From a virus (taxonomy: Duplodnaviria > Caudoviricetes): 64,000 bases of DNA. Each line of letters opens with the position of its first letter. Within the stretch, counting starts at the first letter, position 1. Positions 55,201-64,000 of the stretch are shown piece by piece. A program made the position numbers and the translations under genes. The notes beneath the pieces are model-generated. The model made no database searches. It was not told the DNA's origin and saw only the letters and a list, made by a program, of their open reading frames with translations. Location of the stretch: positions 64,001-128,000 of IMG/VR virus record IMGVR_UViG_3300031998_000009; one strand, given 5' to 3'.

Positions 55201-55720
55201 CGTACTCACTCCATATCTTATCGGATTCTTGGTGAAGTTTGTGTAAAAACTTATCACCGAAATAGTCAAACATAACACGTTTCTTCATACCGTCAATTAA
55301 GATATGTGGAATAAAATCTTCATTAGACGAATCTGTAACTAGGTTTGTTATGTTCAAAGACTTTGCCCCACTATTACGATGTCTCTGTAAATCTTTAATA
55401 TTCACAAATGCTGTAACATCATGGTCCATAAACCAAACACACACACCGGCTACACAACGGTATATTTGACTTTTTTCGTACATACCAATCCATTGATTCT
55501 TTGTAATATCCCCGGCATAGTTCAGTGTATTACCATATTTACTCTTACACTCCAAATAAAACATATCCGGAGAACTAAACATTGTAAAATCACAAATATT
55601 ACGAACACCTGAATAACCTGCCATAGGGTCTATAAGTCTATCAAATGATACATTAGGTAGATTTTCTAGACTTTTCTTTATAGCACCCTCAAAGTCTTTA
55701 CCTCTATTTACTGCTTTCAT
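55181..55720 (-). CDS. recU: RecU-like Holliday junction resolvase
   Basis: NRGKDFE, CDF, LECKS. Confidence 0.75.
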   Translation of the reverse strand: MKAVNRGKDFEGAIKKSLENLPNVSFDRLIDPMAGYSGVRNICDFTMFSSPDMFYLECKSKYGNTLNYAGDITKNQWIGMYEKSQIYRCVAGVCVWFMDHDVTAFVNIKDLQRHRNSGAKSLNITNLVTDSSNEDFIPHILIDGMKKRVMFDYFGDKFLHKLHQESDKIWSEYDGKINK

Positions 55721-56706
55721 TTATTATCAACCTTACATACAGTTTTATAATCGCAATACTGACATATGTGCTTGGTTATATCCGTTTCTATAGGAGGAGG
55801 TGTTTTTTTATCTACATAACTCTGACAAGTAGCAATTCTGTTATCAATATATTGTCTATTTTCATCTGTCACTTCTACTAGAAATGATTTTTTAGTACAA
55901 AAATCTCTATTTTCATAAATAAAGATAACTTTATCAATTCCAAATTCTAGTGAGTATGTGTATGCTTGTATCCTATGTTCTGGATCCATTGCTTTTCTGT
56001 CCATCCATTTATAGGATGATTCTGTTTTGATTTCTATAATATAATATGTATTCTTATACTTTATAATTCCATCACACAAGAATACAATATTTCTTCTTTC
56101 GTCGTACAGTTTTACTTCATAGTCTTTCTTACTTTGAATTGTTAAAGGTAAATTATGTTCTTTAACAAACTCAACAACATCAACAAATTCACAGTCGACA
56201 ACGTATTCCTTCATTTTAGAAATAGCGTTTTGAATACGTTCATGTCTATCAGTCCCACTATCGCAAATACCGTAAAAATCAGATGTTTTACTGGATTGTT
56301 TATCCTGGTCAGCACCTATTACCTGATAGTACATATTACGAATACACTTCATCGAAGAAGGTTTATACGTTCTGGAAGGCTTTCCGTCCGAATACACACA
56401 CACATAATAATCATCATTTGCATGATAAACAATATGAGAATTATCATAGCAGTTTTCCTTATTAGGTTCAGGTAATTCTGTTACACAAACAATATCAACT
56501 CTTCTATACGTTTCGGAACCTTCTTGTTTGGTGTCGAGATATTTATCCTTGTTATCGGTTATCTTTTTGAAATAATAACCTACTTTGTACTCATTCATTT
56601 TACGAATAGTATAATCCAGATCCAAAAGAAAGGATGCTTCCGGAGAAACATCCTTTCCAGAATCTGCTACTAACCTATTCAGATTAAATAGTGCTTTCTG
56701 TGCCAT
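55717..56706 (-). CDS. Cas4-like PD-(D/E)xK exonuclease
   Basis: PSSMKC, GT.RH, CDG, EIKT, QAYTY, CQYCDYKTVC. Confidence 0.82.
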   Translation of the reverse strand: MAQKALFNLNRLVADSGKDVSPEASFLLDLDYTIRKMNEYKVGYYFKKITDNKDKYLDTKQEGSETYRRVDIVCVTELPEPNKENCYDNSHIVYHANDDYYVCVYSDGKPSRTYKPSSMKCIRNMYYQVIGADQDKQSSKTSDFYGICDSGTDRHERIQNAISKMKEYVVDCEFVDVVEFVKEHNLPLTIQSKKDYEVKLYDERRNIVFLCDGIIKYKNTYYIIEIKTESSYKWMDRKAMDPEHRIQAYTYSLEFGIDKVIFIYENRDFCTKKSFLVEVTDENRQYIDNRIATCQSYVDKKTPPPIETDITKHICQYCDYKTVCKVDNK

Positions 56707-56708
56707 AT

Positions 56709-57797
56709 TTATGACTCCATTCTTGGGTCATCCAATAGTGAAATAATCTGAATTACATTATCCTCTTCAATACGGAATGTAGAAGGTTCACCGTAATAAA
56801 GATGTACAGTTTCACCAACTCTAGCATTGAGCTGCTTCTTCAAGGATTCCACACCTACAAAACAGGTGAAGTCTTTGAAGTTGTTACTACCCTGATACGG
56901 TACCGTTTCAATACCGTCATCATGTGCAGACTCTACCTTAACACCTGCTTGAGTAAATGTCATGTACAATCCATTCTGATCATTATCACTAATAAACAGA
57001 GACAATCTATCAATAATATTAAGAAGAGCTGTTTTTGGAAGTATGCAATCAGAACCGTATTCTCTTTCCAAAATAGCATCGATAGTTGATACCGGATATT
57101 CTTCAATACCTTCTGGAAGTACAGCAAACAGTTTCATCTTCTCGGTCTTAAACAAAATATTATTCTGATAAATCTTATATGTAATGTCTTCTTCAGATGT
57201 CATACTTAAAAGTTCGAATACATTCGGTGGAATGAGTATGTCCTTATCAAATGTAGGTAACTGTGTAATACAAATATTAAATGTATCAGCAGAAATAACT
57301 CTGTTCTTCAAACACAGATAATTTACCAGGTATGGTGCCTCCAATGTTAGTGCCAAAGAGGGCTTATTATGAAGAATAAGTGTTTTAATAACAGATGTTT
57401 TGATAGTTCCACTGTATTCAGGATTATTGATCTCGTGTACTGGATACTTAATAGGTGTACCATCTACATCAAGCTGAATTGGAATCTTATAAGTACCATT
57501 ACCTGTAACAGAAATAAAACTATCTGTAACATCAATCTTGATATTCTCTACACTTGTTTTCATAATCAGTTTAGAGAATGTATCTACATTAACTGTAAAT
57601 GTTACAGGATCTCCATTAAGAATTTTGTCAGTTACAGTAAAATAGTTATTAGAATCTGTTGTTGTAATAGAGAAGTTACCACTGTCTACAACAAAATTCA
57701 TCAAACTTGTAATAGCACTGAATTTACTGTTTCCGGCACCTTTAATTGCCTTATTAATAGCTGTTTGAAGTACCTGAGTATTAATAGTAAACGCCAT
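56709..57797 (-). CDS. dnaN: DNA polymerase III beta-like sliding clamp
   Basis: 362 aa; three repeated beta-clamp-like segments (TTDSN, SADTF, EEYP); synteny with dnaX/holA/holB. Confidence 0.72.
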   Translation of the reverse strand: MAFTINTQVLQTAINKAIKGAGNSKFSAITSLMNFVVDSGNFSITTTDSNNYFTVTDKILNGDPVTFTVNVDTFSKLIMKTSVENIKIDVTDSFISVTGNGTYKIPIQLDVDGTPIKYPVHEINNPEYSGTIKTSVIKTLILHNKPSLALTLEAPYLVNYLCLKNRVISADTFNICITQLPTFDKDILIPPNVFELLSMTSEEDITYKIYQNNILFKTEKMKLFAVLPEGIEEYPVSTIDAILEREYGSDCILPKTALLNIIDRLSLFISDNDQNGLYMTFTQAGVKVESAHDDGIETVPYQGSNNFKDFTCFVGVESLKKQLNARVGETVHLYYGEPSTFRIEEDNVIQIISLLDDPRMES

Positions 57798-57812
57798 AAT
57801 CTGAATCCTCCA

Positions 57813-58397
57813 TTAATGTTTTGTTGTGATATTTGAATAAAGTTCCTGTCTCAATGAGGCATTAGCACGGAACTCACCACCTAAAGCACAGGTCCTAGTA
57901 ATACTAGGTTTCTTAATACCTCTTGCCGACATACAACTGTGTCTGCCCTGAATGATAACAGCGACACTATCCGTATTAAGAATTTTTTGAAGTATCTCCA
58001 TGATGTCACTTCCAATACGTTCCTGAAGCTGTAAACGCTTACCTACCATATCTGCGATTCTGGCAATCTTGGAAAGTCCAATAACTCTACCATTCGGAAT
58101 GTATGCCACAGATACAGTCATATCAAACATAAGTGCAATATGATGTTCGCAGTAGCTATAAATAGGAATTTCGTCTACAATTACAAGGTCTCCCATTGTA
58201 GTGTCCTCGAAACACTTATCAAACATTGTAGCGATTTCGTCATTGGTATAGCACATACCTTCGAATACTTCTTCGTACATCTTTGCTACTCGTTTAGGAG
58301 TATCTAAAAGTCCTTCTCTATCCGGATTGTCTCCGAGAGCAATAAGAATATTACGAATGGACTGCTCAATAAGTTCTTTATTGATCTTTTTAGACAT
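57813..58397 (-). CDS. folE: GTP cyclohydrolase I
   Basis: [34 protein letters not shown]. Confidence 0.96.
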   Translation of the reverse strand: MSKKINKELIEQSIRNILIALGDNPDREGLLDTPKRVAKMYEEVFEGMCYTNDEIATMFDKCFEDTTMGDLVIVDEIPIYSYCEHHIALMFDMTVSVAYIPNGRVIGLSKIARIADMVGKRLQLQERIGSDIMEILQKILNTDSVAVIIQGRHSCMSARGIKKPSITRTCALGGEFRANASLRQELYSNITTKH

Positions 58398-58758
58398 TCT
58401 CGCACACTTCCTTCTTATCCTTTTTAAGATTTATTGGATTAAGGTCAATGTTTAATAATTGTGCTCTTAATTCCAATAAGTACAGATATCTTGTCATAGC
58501 TTCTTCCTGGTCTCGCATAATCTGATTTAAGGTATATTTTTCACTTCTACGTTTTTCATCGTCTTTAGTGTAACAGATTTCGTTACTATAACCTCTATCC
58601 ATCACACGGCATTCTGCTTCTTCTCTAACATTACTAACATGAAGTTTATTCAGTCTAATTCTTGTCTGCCAATATTCAGCAAGAAATCTATCTCTAAAAT
58701 CATCAGAAACAGAGGCTTGAATAGTATCTCCCATCATAACTTCAACAATATCTAACAT
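58390..58758 (-). CDS. crAss001_48-like helical protein
   Basis: AEYWQ..IRL.KL...Q..AM..YL..LE.RA. Confidence 0.6.
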   Translation of the reverse strand: MLDIVEVMMGDTIQASVSDDFRDRFLAEYWQTRIRLNKLHVSNVREEAECRVMDRGYSNEICYTKDDEKRRSEKYTLNQIMRDQEEAMTRYLYLLELRAQLLNIDLNPINLKKDKKEVCENV

Positions 58759-58759
58759 A

Positions 58760-59458
58760 TTAAACTCCTCTCGCATTAAAATCCCAGATATACTTGTGAA
58801 TTTGTAATTGCATACGAACATCGAACAGATCATTTTGAATTATATATTCTACAATTTGTTTAGGTTCGATCATACCAAAAATAGGACTTACAAAAATATG
58901 CGGCATATCTGAATAACTATTTTTAATAGTAGTTATCCATCTTTTCATATCCTCTAAGTCCTCTTTTGTACCTACCACAAACTTTACAACATCCCAATCA
59001 TTAAGATTTTTTGTAAAGTTTTCAGGAATCATTTTATTGTTTTCACCGCTAGAAATAGATTTATAGTCAATAGTAAAGATTAATCTTTCATGAGAGTATG
59101 ACGATAAAGATGTAAGTAATCTTTTCTTAAATGGTTGAATGTCAACAGCGCCGCAGGTTTCTACATTTACTTCAAAACCTTCCTCCAGTAATGCTTCAAT
59201 GAGCTCGGCAGAATCTTTTTGAATAAGAGGTTCTCCACCTGTGAAAGTCACATAGGGTGTTTTATTGGATTTACAATATTCTACAATTTCTTCTACTGTC
59301 ATGTCTTTAGGTTCAGCACCGTGTCCGACTTCATTTGCGTAAATACTATCACAGTAGTTGCAGCACAAAATACAACCGAAACTTCGTATAAAAGTAACAA
59401 TTTTTCCTGTTCTAATACCTTCACCGTCAATAGATTTAAACAACTCAACTATTTTCAT
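58760..59458 (-). CDS. queE: 7-carboxy-7-deazaguanine synthase (radical SAM)
   Basis: F.SIDGEG, CxxxCxxCD, TGGEPL, LQIHK. Confidence 0.93.
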   Translation of the reverse strand: MKIVELFKSIDGEGIRTGKIVTFIRSFGCILCCNYCDSIYANEVGHGAEPKDMTVEEIVEYCKSNKTPYVTFTGGEPLIQKDSAELIEALLEEGFEVNVETCGAVDIQPFKKRLLTSLSSYSHERLIFTIDYKSISSGENNKMIPENFTKNLNDWDVVKFVVGTKEDLEDMKRWITTIKNSYSDMPHIFVSPIFGMIEPKQIVEYIIQNDLFDVRMQLQIHKYIWDFNARGV

Positions 59459-59461
59459 AGT

Positions 59462-59920
59462 TTAACCTCTTTTCCAGGTGGCATGAGAATTAGTGGTTTC
59501 CCACAAATCAATTTTATCTACTGTACATTCCAAATTAGGAAAGTTGTTATTTAATAAGGATTGGATGTCATTAGCAAATGCCTTTACCATATTCTCGGCA
59601 GATGGACTATTCTCCATCTTGAAAATACGCATATTAGCTTGTTCTAGAACCTCTCTAATCTTGCCCTCTGTAGTCTCCGGACCATTACTCATATTGGTAA
59701 TGAAGGAATGATCTGGTACATAATCTTTCAGGATTTTATTTAACACACTGAAATCCACGACAAAATTAAATTTGTTTGACATTCTATCATATTCTGGACA
59801 ACTGATTGTAACTTCCAGTTTATATGAGTGTCCATGTAGGTTACCACAGAGTCCTTCGTAACCATAAAGAAGATGTGCTGCCTCAAACTCTACATGACGA
59901 GTAACACTGATACGATCCAA
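59462..59920 (-). CDS. queD: 6-carboxytetrahydropterin synthase
   Basis: FEAAH, C.NLHGHSY, SAEN, WET. Confidence 0.93.
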   Translation of the reverse strand: MDRISVTRHVEFEAAHLLYGYEGLCGNLHGHSYKLEVTISCPEYDRMSNKFNFVVDFSVLNKILKDYVPDHSFITNMSNGPETTEGKIREVLEQANMRIFKMENSPSAENMVKAFANDIQSLLNNNFPNLECTVDKIDLWETTNSHATWKRG

Positions 59921-59938
59921 ACTAAAAACCTCCTCTTT

Positions 59939-60418
59939 TTAATAAATTGTTCCTTTATTTTCTGAATAATTTTTATATAATTCTTGAGCTAGATCTCTGT
60001 CCCTAAACTCGAATTCTAGTTCATTTGTATTGTAACACATTTTTGAAAGATTGTCAATAGTCTCATAAATATGTTTATCTTTAAACCCAATATGTTCGGC
60101 ATCTTCTAACGTACCAGAAATATAAACTTTCTTTATATTTGCCCACATTATAGCACCTAAACACATTGGACAAGGATAACCTGTTGCATATAATTCACAA
60201 TCAGATAAATCATGTGTTTGTAGTTTTTGACACGCTTTTCTTATAGCGTTTATCTCGGCATGAGCTGTAGGATCTTTAGTACCTAGTACTGTATTAGATT
60301 CACAGCTTATAAGTTTTCCATCTCTTACAACACTTGCCCCGAAAGGTCCACCTAAACCTAAATTAGAATTAGTATATGCTATATCTACAGCTTGCAGCAT
60401 AAAGGTTTTATTATACAT
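59939..60418 (-). CDS. guaD: guanine deaminase (cytidine-deaminase fold, GuaD type)
   Basis: GGPFGA, DPTAHAEINAIR, PCPMCLGAI.WA, GF.D..IY. Confidence 0.85.
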   Translation of the reverse strand: MYNKTFMLQAVDIAYTNSNLGLGGPFGASVVRDGKLISCESNTVLGTKDPTAHAEINAIRKACQKLQTHDLSDCELYATGYPCPMCLGAIMWANIKKVYISGTLEDAEHIGFKDKHIYETIDNLSKMCYNTNELEFEFRDRDLAQELYKNYSENKGTIY

Positions 60419-60430
60419 AGAATAATCACC

Positions 60431-60811
60431 TTATTCCCATGGAAATTTAATCCAGAGATTACCTTTTTCCATATTCCAATAATCTGGAGTTACTTTTGCA
60501 TCCTTCTTATAGAACATAGTAGCAATATAGTATCCTTTATCTTTCCAAGCAAGTGCTGTATTACCTGTATCACAGATATCATCTACAATAAGGCATCCAG
60601 GTTGTGGGGCACCTAGAAATGGAAGATTAAGTTTATGTGAAAGCATTACGGCAAACACCAAACCACCTCTAGCAGGTCCGTATACACCTGTGAATGACCT
60701 ACCCTGTGTCTGAATAACACTTGTTAAACAATATATGAACTCATTTACTTGATCCCATGTTACATAGTATACTTCTGGGGTCATATCTTTTTTATCCCTA
60801 TCATTTAGCAT
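60431..60811 (-). CDS. type I purine phosphoribosyltransferase (Gpt-like)
   Basis: G.ARGG, LIVDDICDTG.T, WIKFPWE. Confidence 0.88.
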   Translation of the reverse strand: MLNDRDKKDMTPEVYYVTWDQVNEFIYCLTSVIQTQGRSFTGVYGPARGGLVFAVMLSHKLNLPFLGAPQPGCLIVDDICDTGNTALAWKDKGYYIATMFYKKDAKVTPDYWNMEKGNLWIKFPWE

Positions 60812-62057
60812 AATCTTTTTCCTTATCCTTAAAATCTAAACGCTCTTCATACTCAATAGGATCCACCAAACCGTTTCTAAAGAACGCTTTCTGTCTCATA
60901 AAACAAGGACCACAATGCCCACAGGCTTTATCCCCATTTCTGTAACAAGACCACGTATATTCAAAAGGTGCCTTATATTTAAGACCAAAGGGAATAATTT
61001 CATGCTTCATTAAGTTACCCACAGGAGTTCTAATCTCCACATACTTTCCATTTTGAACAGCTCCATACAAACAACTATTAAAATCCTTAATAAACTGTTC
61101 TTCATTATCAGGATATGCCCCAGACTCTTCTAAATTTGTCCCTAAATAAATGTAACTAAAATTATTTGCCTCCGCATAACCTACGGCCATTGACATCATA
61201 ATAAGGTTACGGGCAGGTACCCATTCATGGGCATATTCACTTCCAGAAACGCTCTCGGAAATGTTTTCCTTACCGTCCAAAATTGTACTTGCATGAGCCA
61301 TAAAATGTAAATCTAAATCCATTACATATAAAGAGCAATTACCATATGTGTGATTAAGAGATTCCTGAATCTTTTTAATTCGAATCAATTCGGGTGTCTC
61401 CGCTAGGCACCCATAATTATAATGCAATAAAGTCACTTTCTTATGTGTGGCACAAGCGTATGCTGCAACGGCGGTGCTATCTAAACCTGCTGAAGCAATA
61501 ACAATGGCGCTATCTTGAACATCCCTTTTTATACTTATAATCTCCCTTGTTTCAGAATCCATTATAGAATAAGGGGGAACTCTTTTAACATCCCCAATAG
61601 AAACCAAGTGATGTGCATAAGAACTAAAATAAAAATTACCATCCTTATCGTAAGAATAAAAAATGGGCTTATAATTACAGGCGAGGTAGAAATTTCCATC
61701 CGGTTTTAAAATTCCGATGGCATAGGCCCCTACCACCTTATACAAACTATCCCTTAGAGAATAAATATTTGTAAAGTCCAGAACTTTACTAAGTACATAA
61801 CTATCAATCATCCCATCTGGATTTCCTAATTCTCTATCATTACTAATAGTTCCATTATGAACTATTTTATAGTCCGTTCCGAAAGGTTGATTAAATTCGG
61901 CATTTTCAACCTCCGTCGTAGGAACTGCCCTATGGTTACAAATCCAGCTCCCTTTTCTATAAAAAACATTACTATAGTCTCTACCCCGATCTAAGGACGT
62001 TTGAAATATAGAAAGAAATTTTTCATTCAGGGAGGTTCCACCACAAATCGTACACAT
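60801..62057 (-). CDS. gat-queC: Gat-QueC fusion (Ntn glutamine amidotransferase plus preQ0 synthase)
   Basis: N-terminal MC.I.G, HNG; QueC SAGLDS, VPARN, YPD, SCY..CGHCGPC. Confidence 0.92.
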   Translation of the reverse strand: MCTICGGTSLNEKFLSIFQTSLDRGRDYSNVFYRKGSWICNHRAVPTTEVENAEFNQPFGTDYKIVHNGTISNDRELGNPDGMIDSYVLSKVLDFTNIYSLRDSLYKVVGAYAIGILKPDGNFYLACNYKPIFYSYDKDGNFYFSSYAHHLVSIGDVKRVPPYSIMDSETREIISIKRDVQDSAIVIASAGLDSTAVAAYACATHKKVTLLHYNYGCLAETPELIRIKKIQESLNHTYGNCSLYVMDLDLHFMAHASTILDGKENISESVSGSEYAHEWVPARNLIMMSMAVGYAEANNFSYIYLGTNLEESGAYPDNEEQFIKDFNSCLYGAVQNGKYVEIRTPVGNLMKHEIIPFGLKYKAPFEYTWSCYRNGDKACGHCGPCFMRQKAFFRNGLVDPIEYEERLDFKDKEKDYAK

Positions 62058-62069
62058 AAAAATCTCCTT

Positions 62070-62954
62070 TCAGAATAAAGATTTTTTTAAACCTTTTAAT
62101 TTACGTTCATGGTTATTTGCAAATTGTTGAAGGTACATAATATTAACAAGACATCTTATTTTATAATCTTCCATACATTGTTGAACGGTAAAACCTAGAG
62201 ATTTTAAATAAATTTGAACCTGTTCCTGTTCATCCTTTTTCATATTAGCATAATTTTTTGCCAGATAATCTTGCTTCTCACTAATATTAATGACTCCCCA
62301 AGGTGACATTATACCCCCGTTAGCACTTGTCATAATCCACGCTGTGGAGTCCGCACTTTTAAAAGGATAAGACTTCAAAAGAGGTTTAGAAGTCATACCA
62401 AAAGCGTGAACTTTAATGTCGGGTCTCACTTTCTGTATAACTTTATAACAGGACTGAAAAAAATTATCTAAAATACTCTTTGTACTACCCACCAATCCTC
62501 CTAGCGCAATATAATCAATATCATCATCCTGTAGGTACTTATATAAATATTGAATATTGTCACCTTGGTGATATGTAGGAAGTAATTTATGCTTATCTTT
62601 ACAATGCTCCTTTAAATATAAATAGTTCTCATAACTTTTTTTATCTGAATCTGGAACACCACTACCACCAATAATATCTAAACTCGCAAATATATCAATG
62701 TACTCGATGATATTATTTATATATTGAATATAGTTATCTATATCGATAGTAACACCTTGAGTAAAAGCTGTGTAGGCACCGCAATCTATAAATAATTTAT
62801 TTTTAGCATTTTGGGTAGACTTTTTAAAGTCTACCCAGGATCTAATAATAGACTTGTCGCTGTAATAGGAAAGAAGTCTATTACAACCATTATTCATCAT
62901 ATAATCTTCGGCGAGTTTATTTTGGCTTCCGGCAAAATAAATATCAAATGCCAA
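62070..62954 (-). CDS. dpdA: DpdA, DNA 7-deazaguanine transglycosylase (TGT-like)
   Basis: FIDCGAY, LD.IG, P.YH.GD, ALGGLV, VHAFG, SADS..W; located in que cluster. Confidence 0.87.
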   Translation of the reverse strand: MAFDIYFAGSQNKLAEDYMMNNGCNRLLSYYSDKSIIRSWVDFKKSTQNAKNKLFIDCGAYTAFTQGVTIDIDNYIQYINNIIEYIDIFASLDIIGGSGVPDSDKKSYENYLYLKEHCKDKHKLLPTYHQGDNIQYLYKYLQDDDIDYIALGGLVGSTKSILDNFFQSCYKVIQKVRPDIKVHAFGMTSKPLLKSYPFKSADSTAWIMTSANGGIMSPWGVINISEKQDYLAKNYANMKKDEQEQVQIYLKSLGFTVQQCMEDYKIRCLVNIMYLQQFANNHERKLKGLKKSLF

Positions 62955-63018
62955 ATCTAATCACCTCTATTTTCATATCCTAAGTAGATTTACACCCACC
63001 CATATTTGATTAAAAGAA

Positions 63019-64000
63019 TTACAATGTATTCACATCAATTGATTCTCCGTACCAACTATAAAACAATTCAACATCACAAGTGAGTGGAACACAGAGATCA
63101 CGTCCTGCATTTATCATACATTGACTCATGAGTTCGGCACACCGTTTAGCATTTTCTACAGGACACTCTGCTATAATTTCATCATGTACGGGAATTAACA
63201 TTCTAAAACCTAGTTCTTTTAGCTCCTTATGGTTAAACAATTCTATTTGTGCTAACTTTGTCAAATCAGCACTCGAGCCTTGAACACGACTGTTTACAAC
63301 CTCTCGTTTAGCCTTAGCGATATGTCCAGTGTTATCTTTAATGTTAATACCGGATTGACGAATCTTTTCCTTTATAAGTTCACGTTCTTTATAATTACAT
63401 CTAAGAAGTCTATTAGTGAGACGTCTAACTTCTTCTTCTGGAACTTCTGTAGAGTAATTTGTCTCTTCATCTGAAAGTGGATCAAAATCAGGAGTCATAC
63501 CATTCTTATATGTGAACTCATAATATGGAAGTTGCATGGCAGGCAACTGTCGACGTCGTCCCCAAACAGTAGTAACATATCCGTATTCTCTTGCCATGTC
63601 CTCTGATTCTTCCAAGAACATAGCGAGACCTGGGAACTTTGCTAGAACCTTATCGTAAATTGCCTGTGCTTCTTTACGATTTTTATGAAGTTGTTCACCT
63701 ATAGATGCTATACCTCTTCCATAAAGAATGCCAAGAACAACTGGTTTTGCCGTAGCTCTTCTTTCTTTACCTTCTTTACTGTATGTTCCATCAGGTCGTT
63801 TCTCACAACATTCTTCATATGGAACATTAAAAATGATAGAAGCTATTTCAGAGTAAACATCCTTACCGTCCTTATAAGCCTGAATCATCTTTTCATCTTG
63901 ACTTAAATGAGCAGTAACACGAACTTCTTGTCCGGAATAGTCACAAGATAACATAATGTATCCTGGAGAGGCTGTAAACAACTGTCTTACATCATGTCCT
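63019..64000 (-). CDS. polA: family A DNA polymerase, C-terminal part (5' end beyond window)
   Basis: motif A DYSGQE.R, motif B R..AK....G..YG, motif C VHDE. Confidence 0.93.
   Translation of the reverse strand, partial: GHDVRQLFTASPGYIMLSCDYSGQEVRVTAHLSQDEKMIQAYKDGKDVYSEIASIIFNVPYEECCEKRPDGTYSKEGKERRATAKPVVLGILYGRGIASIGEQLHKNRKEAQAIYDKVLAKFPGLAMFLEESEDMAREYGYVTTVWGRRRQLPAMQLPYYEFTYKNGMTPDFDPLSDEETNYSTEVPEEEVRRLTNRLLRCNYKERELIKEKIRQSGINIKDNTGHIAKAKREVVNSRVQGSSADLTKLAQIELFNHKELKELGFRMLIPVHDEIIAECPVENAKRCAELMSQCMINAGRDLCVPLTCDVELFYSWYGESIDVNTL

Noticed and set aside
55717-56706. Cas4-like gene as evidence of a CRISPR-Cas system
   Set aside because: No repeat-spacer array or other cas genes are seen, and solo Cas4-like nucleases are common in phage recombination modules.
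62070-62954. Queuosine tRNA modification (tgt/queF) as the purpose of the que cluster
   Set aside because: There is no QueF or QueA, and the TGT-like protein lacks the Zn-binding C-terminal motif and has DpdA-type motifs.
542-63906. Numerous plus-strand ORFs other than tnpA/tnpB
   Set aside because: They are antisense shadows of well-supported minus-strand genes, with no SD or recognisable motifs.
1-64000. Window-wide genetic code 15 recoding
   Set aside because: Conserved genes are full length under code 11; only TAG avoidance and the suppressor tRNA are supported.

Overview
This 64 kb window comes from a large, AT-rich lytic bacteriophage. The host is probably a Firmicute (Clostridia-like), inferred from AAGGAGG Shine-Dalgarno sites, extended sigmaA promoters, BspA-type LRR proteins and a SleB-like hydrolase. 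Almost every gene is on the minus strand; the exception is an IS607 element (tnpA/tnpB). In transcription order (right to left) it holds: (1) the 3' end of a family A DNA polymerase; (2) a 7-deazaguanine DNA-modification operon (dpdA, gat-queC, queD, queE, folE) with a purine phosphoribosyltransferase and a guanine deaminase embedded in it; (3) a replication/recombination module (beta-clamp, Cas4-like nuclease, RecU, RecA, UvrD, DnaX/delta'/delta); (4) a 16-tRNA operon that includes an amber (CUA) suppressor and several structured non-tRNA RNAs, two of them paralogous; (5) PhoH, a cell-wall hydrolase with a ~250-nt structured leader, and a Clp ATPase; (6) nucleotide and RNA-repair genes (RNase H, Dcd, ThyX-like, PNKP/RNA ligase, DNA methylase, NrdD-glutaredoxin); and (7) an accessory region of small genes bounded by repeated terminator+promoter modules. 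None of the ~100 credible genes ends in TAG. All calls come from motif reading by eye, with no database searches.
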